NCBI GenBank assembly: GCA_963796275.1
Contig: CAWCKY010000004.1
Span: forward strand, 1,248,001 to 1,312,000
From: an uncultured Acidobacteriota bacterium
GTDB lineage: Bacteria > Acidobacteriota > Blastocatellia > RBC074
Length of the DNA stretch: 64,000 bases
Direction of reading: 5' to 3'
A model generated the notes under the pieces. The model saw nothing but the letters and a program-made list of their open reading frames with translations, was not told where the DNA came from and made no database searches. The position numbers were made by a program, and so were the translations under genes. Numbering within the stretch: position 1 is the stretch's first letter; each line of letters begins with the position of its first letter. This document shows, one piece after another, positions 60,661-64,000 of the stretch.

Positions 60661-61587
60661 TCAGATTGATAATGCCTCTCGATATAGCCGACGGCTCAGC
60701 GTATGTGCCGGTGCGCACCACCAGCCGCTTCCACTCAAATCGCTCAGGGCGCCTGAACGCGCCTCTTCGCTGTCAAAGATCGCAAAGACCGTCGAGCCGC
60801 TGCCCGACATCAAAACGCCGCGCGCGCCAATATCCATCAGTCTCTTTTTGATCTCACCAATCATCGGATGACGAGCAAACGCGGGGATTTCCAGATCGTT
60901 ATGGAGCCTGAAACCTCCCGGCATCATCCATCCAGATTGCTGGCCAGATACCGGATACACGCTCCTCGTATTGGCGTAAGCGGCCTCTAGAGAAAGCGGC
61001 ATCTTAGCTGCGGCTTGGGGGTTTGTCAACTCAGCGGGCAGGGCCGCATAGACTTGAGTGGTCGTCAGGGGTATCCCTGCATTGATCAGAAGCAGAAACG
61101 GTGCTTCAAAATCCTCCAGCGGATATACCTCGTCTCCCCTTCCGATGCCAAGACACGTCCCGCCCATAAAAAAGAAAGGCACGTCTGCTCCGATTTTCGA
61201 GCCTACGGTGAGAAGGTCGCGCACCGCAAGATCGACGTTCCACAACTTCTGCAGAGCGAGAAGCGTCACGGCGGCGTTGCTGCTCCCCCCGCCAAGTCCG
61301 GCTGCGATCGGGATGCGTTTTTTTATGGCGATGCGGATGCCTAAATCGATGCCAGTGAACTCGCATAACATTTTAGCCGCTCGGTGCGCCAGATTAGTTT
61401 CATCGCAGGGGAGATTGCGATCGCTGCTGAGTATCTCGATGCCTCGATCGATCACGGTGAAGCTCAGTTCGTCTCCCAGGCTGATCGTCTGGAGCAAAGT
61501 CCGCAGCTCGTGGTAGCCGTCCGAGCGCTTGCCGAGAATTTCCAGAACCAGGTTGATTTTGGCGAAGGAGGGAAGGGTAAGCGTCAT
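60661..61587 (-). CDS. ispE: 4-diphosphocytidyl-2-C-methyl-D-erythritol kinase
   Basis: AKINL.L...KRSDGYHE, IPIAAGLGGGSSNAA, GADVPFF, MSGSGSTVF. Confidence 0.97.
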   Translation of the reverse strand: MTLTLPSFAKINLVLEILGKRSDGYHELRTLLQTISLGDELSFTVIDRGIEILSSDRNLPCDETNLAHRAAKMLCEFTGIDLGIRIAIKKRIPIAAGLGGGSSNAAVTLLALQKLWNVDLAVRDLLTVGSKIGADVPFFFMGGTCLGIGRGDEVYPLEDFEAPFLLLINAGIPLTTTQVYAALPAELTNPQAAAKMPLSLEAAYANTRSVYPVSGQQSGWMMPGGFRLHNDLEIPAFARHPMIGEIKKRLMDIGARGVLMSGSGSTVFAIFDSEEARSGALSDLSGSGWWCAPAHTLSRRLYREALSI

Positions 61588-61590
61588 AAT

Positions 61591-61667
61591 CAGTTTTCAG
61601 CTTTCAGTTTTCAGTACACATGTCATGTGGCACAGAGCTATCGAATGAAAACTGAAAACTGAAAACT
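61591..61667. repeat. Paired inverted heptamer repeats (TTTTCAG)n / (AAAACTG)n
   Basis: cagttttcagctttcagttttcag ... tgaaaactgaaaactgaaaact. Confidence 0.8.
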
Positions 61668-63754
61668 CATCTCGTATCTTTCAATTTCACCTTGATCCGC
61701 GCGATCTCGTCGGCTTCGATAGAGTACTCGAGCGCCTTCTCCCATTGGCGCCGCGCTTCGGTCTCTCTTCCCAGATCGCGCAGGACATCGCCCAGGTGCT
61801 CATGGACCGTGGCATTACGACGCGAATGGATCATCGCTTTCTCGAGCTGCAGGCGCGCATCTTCGAGGTTGCCTTTTTTGTAATGAGCCCAGCCCAGTGA
61901 GTCTAAAAAATTTCCGTTGATCGGCTCGATATTGATCGCCCGCTCGATCAGTTTCAAAGCTTCATCGTAACGCTCACCGCGCTCGACCAGGAAATATCCC
62001 AGGTTGTTGAGCGCCGTTGCGTTGGCGGGGTTGTGTTTGATCAGGTCGCGCAGGATTTTCTCCGACTCGTCATATCGCTCAGCCCGATCAAGCACCGAAC
62101 TCAATTGCATCTGGGCGTCACTGTCATCCGGATTAAGCTCGATCGCCTTGCGGGCAGACTCTTCGGCGGATTTCAGATCTCCGCTCTGCATCTGAACGCT
62201 GCTCACGATCATATAGACGCTGGCATCGTCCGTCGCATCCTCGGTTGTGCCTCTGATCATTTCGCGGAGCAGCTCCAGGCTTTCGCCGGACCGCTTCAGG
62301 TCGTTGAGGATCAGCGCCTCGGTCAATTTCAATGCGCGGTCCTCCCGGTGGCGGCGCGACGCGGCCTGCGCCAGTTGAAGCGCTTCGCGCCGTTTACCAT
62401 CCTCGCGCAAAGATTCGATGGCGATCAGGTCCAGCATAGGATTCTGTTCATCGACCACTCGCCGCGTCCGCGCCAGCACGCTCTGCAGCTTCGCCTGATT
62501 GCCGACGCGCCGGCACGCCCGCACCAGACGATTGACGACCTCGCCGAAGAGCGGCGTGTTGACAGGAGTCAGCGCTCCCTTGCCGAGAAAACTCTCGAAG
62601 GCCTGCTCGTATTGAGCAATCGCCTCCTCGTTTCGCCCCAGCTCTTCATAGGTCTGCGCCAGTTCGATGATCAGGTCGATTCGCGTGCTGCTCTCCACAT
62701 TGGCGAGCGCGGTCTTGAGCGTCTCGATCGCTCCCAGGCGCTCATTGGCGCGGCGCTGCGCGAGCGCCAGTAACCCGATGGCGCTGGCGTTCGTTGGATC
62801 GAGCTTGACGTATTCTCGCAGTATCCTGACGGCTTCCGTATACTGCCCGGCGCGCACCAGCGCTGAACCGTAACCGATCAGGACCGCCGGATTGAAAAAG
62901 GACTTGACGAGTTGTGAATAGACGCGCAGCTCATCTTCGCTCGTTCCCGCGGTACGCAGGACATTGATCAAATTACGCGCAAATGCGTTCGAATCCGGGT
63001 TCGATTCGTAAGCCATACGCGCAGCATCGATCGCCTTCTGACTTTTTCCCCGGCTCAGATAAATCTGCGAGAGTTGATAGAAAGCCTGGTCAGACGAGAG
63101 CTCGTCGTTCATCAGCCAGCGATAGAAGAACGTATCATTCGGAGGTGGGGCGAGCGCCCATTTCTCCAGCGCAATGATCCGGCGTTCTTCGTCGTTCTTT
63201 ATCTGATACAACTCGGCGAGTAAAGCCCAGCATTCCGCCATCGACGGATCGAGCTCAGCCACTTTTTCGTATCGACCGATCGCTTTGTCGACGTAGCTCG
63301 AGCGCGCTTCCTTCTCCGTTCTCGCCTGCGTGATATATAACCGCGCGAGTAACAGAAAGCCTCCGACGTTTTTCGGATCCAGGCGGATCGCCTCCAATCC
63401 CTCCTGCTCCGCCAGATCACGGCGCGAAAGGTAGAAGAAATAGAGCTCACCGAGATCGACGTGTGGCTCAGCCGAGAGCGGGTCTAACTGGATCGTATCC
63501 TTGAATGCCTTGATCGCCTCATCGAAGTGCCGGGAGCTCCGCAGCCGTTGAGCCTGAGCTTTCAGGCGTTGCGCCTCCAGATAACGCAGATGGGCGGAAA
63601 TCCGCGCATCCTGGGTTCGAGTTTGCTGAACCGCCGGCGATGTAGAACCGGGTTTATTTTCGGGTGTAATTTTACCTGGCTCCTGGTATGCGGTCGCAGG
63701 AACCCTGAGGCAGGCCACAACGGATAAAATAAATAAGCAGAACTTTAGCATCAT
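61667..63754 (-). CDS. Exported tetratricopeptide repeat protein
   Basis: Signal peptide; many TPRs; ALNNLGY...FLDSLGWA...EHLGD C-terminus typical of TPR genes upstream of ispE. Confidence 0.9.
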   Translation of the reverse strand: MMLKFCLFILSVVACLRVPATAYQEPGKITPENKPGSTSPAVQQTRTQDARISAHLRYLEAQRLKAQAQRLRSSRHFDEAIKAFKDTIQLDPLSAEPHVDLGELYFFYLSRRDLAEQEGLEAIRLDPKNVGGFLLLARLYITQARTEKEARSSYVDKAIGRYEKVAELDPSMAECWALLAELYQIKNDEERRIIALEKWALAPPPNDTFFYRWLMNDELSSDQAFYQLSQIYLSRGKSQKAIDAARMAYESNPDSNAFARNLINVLRTAGTSEDELRVYSQLVKSFFNPAVLIGYGSALVRAGQYTEAVRILREYVKLDPTNASAIGLLALAQRRANERLGAIETLKTALANVESSTRIDLIIELAQTYEELGRNEEAIAQYEQAFESFLGKGALTPVNTPLFGEVVNRLVRACRRVGNQAKLQSVLARTRRVVDEQNPMLDLIAIESLREDGKRREALQLAQAASRRHREDRALKLTEALILNDLKRSGESLELLREMIRGTTEDATDDASVYMIVSSVQMQSGDLKSAEESARKAIELNPDDSDAQMQLSSVLDRAERYDESEKILRDLIKHNPANATALNNLGYFLVERGERYDEALKLIERAINIEPINGNFLDSLGWAHYKKGNLEDARLQLEKAMIHSRRNATVHEHLGDVLRDLGRETEARRQWEKALEYSIEADEIARIKVKLKDTR

Positions 63755-63999
63755 TGCGTATTGCGGCTAATTATACGCTCCCACTCGCCGCGCCGTGGAA
63801 AGCTATAGAATATTAAAAGAAGACTTACCACACCAAGACGCCAGCTATACTCATAATCTCCGGTTAATAGGTAAAAAGTGAATCCCATGAGGCAGACTAA
63901 TAGGGCGACAGCGAGACAGATGAGGGTGATCGCCAACAGTCGGCCAAGCAATGCGTCCACTCCGCGTGAGGCCACTTTCCCCATCATCGACTGCGACAT
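63751..63999 (-). CDS. Small two-TM membrane protein (start may lie beyond the window)
   Basis: Two hydrophobic segments; ATGA overlap with the TPR gene. Confidence 0.6.
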   Translation of the reverse strand: MSQSMMGKVASRGVDALLGRLLAITLICLAVALLVCLMGFTFYLLTGDYEYSWRLGVVSLLLIFYSFPRRGEWERIISRNTQ

Positions 64000-64000
64000 C

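Overview
Bacterial chromosomal window, probably from an Acidobacteriota (Blastocatellia-like) genome. This is inferred from a TIGR03437-type C-terminal domain, an Oar-like TonB-dependent receptor and DUF4097/ECF modules. The right end (53.9-64 kb) is core genome: TPR protein, ispE, tRNA-Gln, prs, rplY, pth, rpsF, rpsR, rplI, dnaB, alr. The remainder is accessory: tandem secreted S8 proteases, an Asp-box beta-propeller coupled to a MoaD/ubiquitin-like gene, a mono-heme protein with a repetitive charged tail, a sigma54-driven MacAB-type ABC exporter with two two-component systems, a large DUF4394 surface protein, a degenerate sigma54-activator-like protein, an ECF sigma/anti-sigma/DUF4097 operon, transporters, a di-heme cytochrome and a TonB/DUF1080/RspA sugar locus. 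Intergenic regions carry REP/REPIN-like palindromes (one nested three layers deep with a target-site duplication) and paired heptamer-repeat hairpins. Eight frameshifts in three genes are all single-base insertions, most likely assembly errors. I saw no transposase, integrase, CRISPR array or rRNA. The best candidates for undescribed biology are the beta-propeller/Ubl pair, the catalytically dead enhancer-binding protein, the Cyc2-like heme protein and the CxxC-less thioredoxin reductase. All annotations come from reading motifs by eye; no database searches were run.
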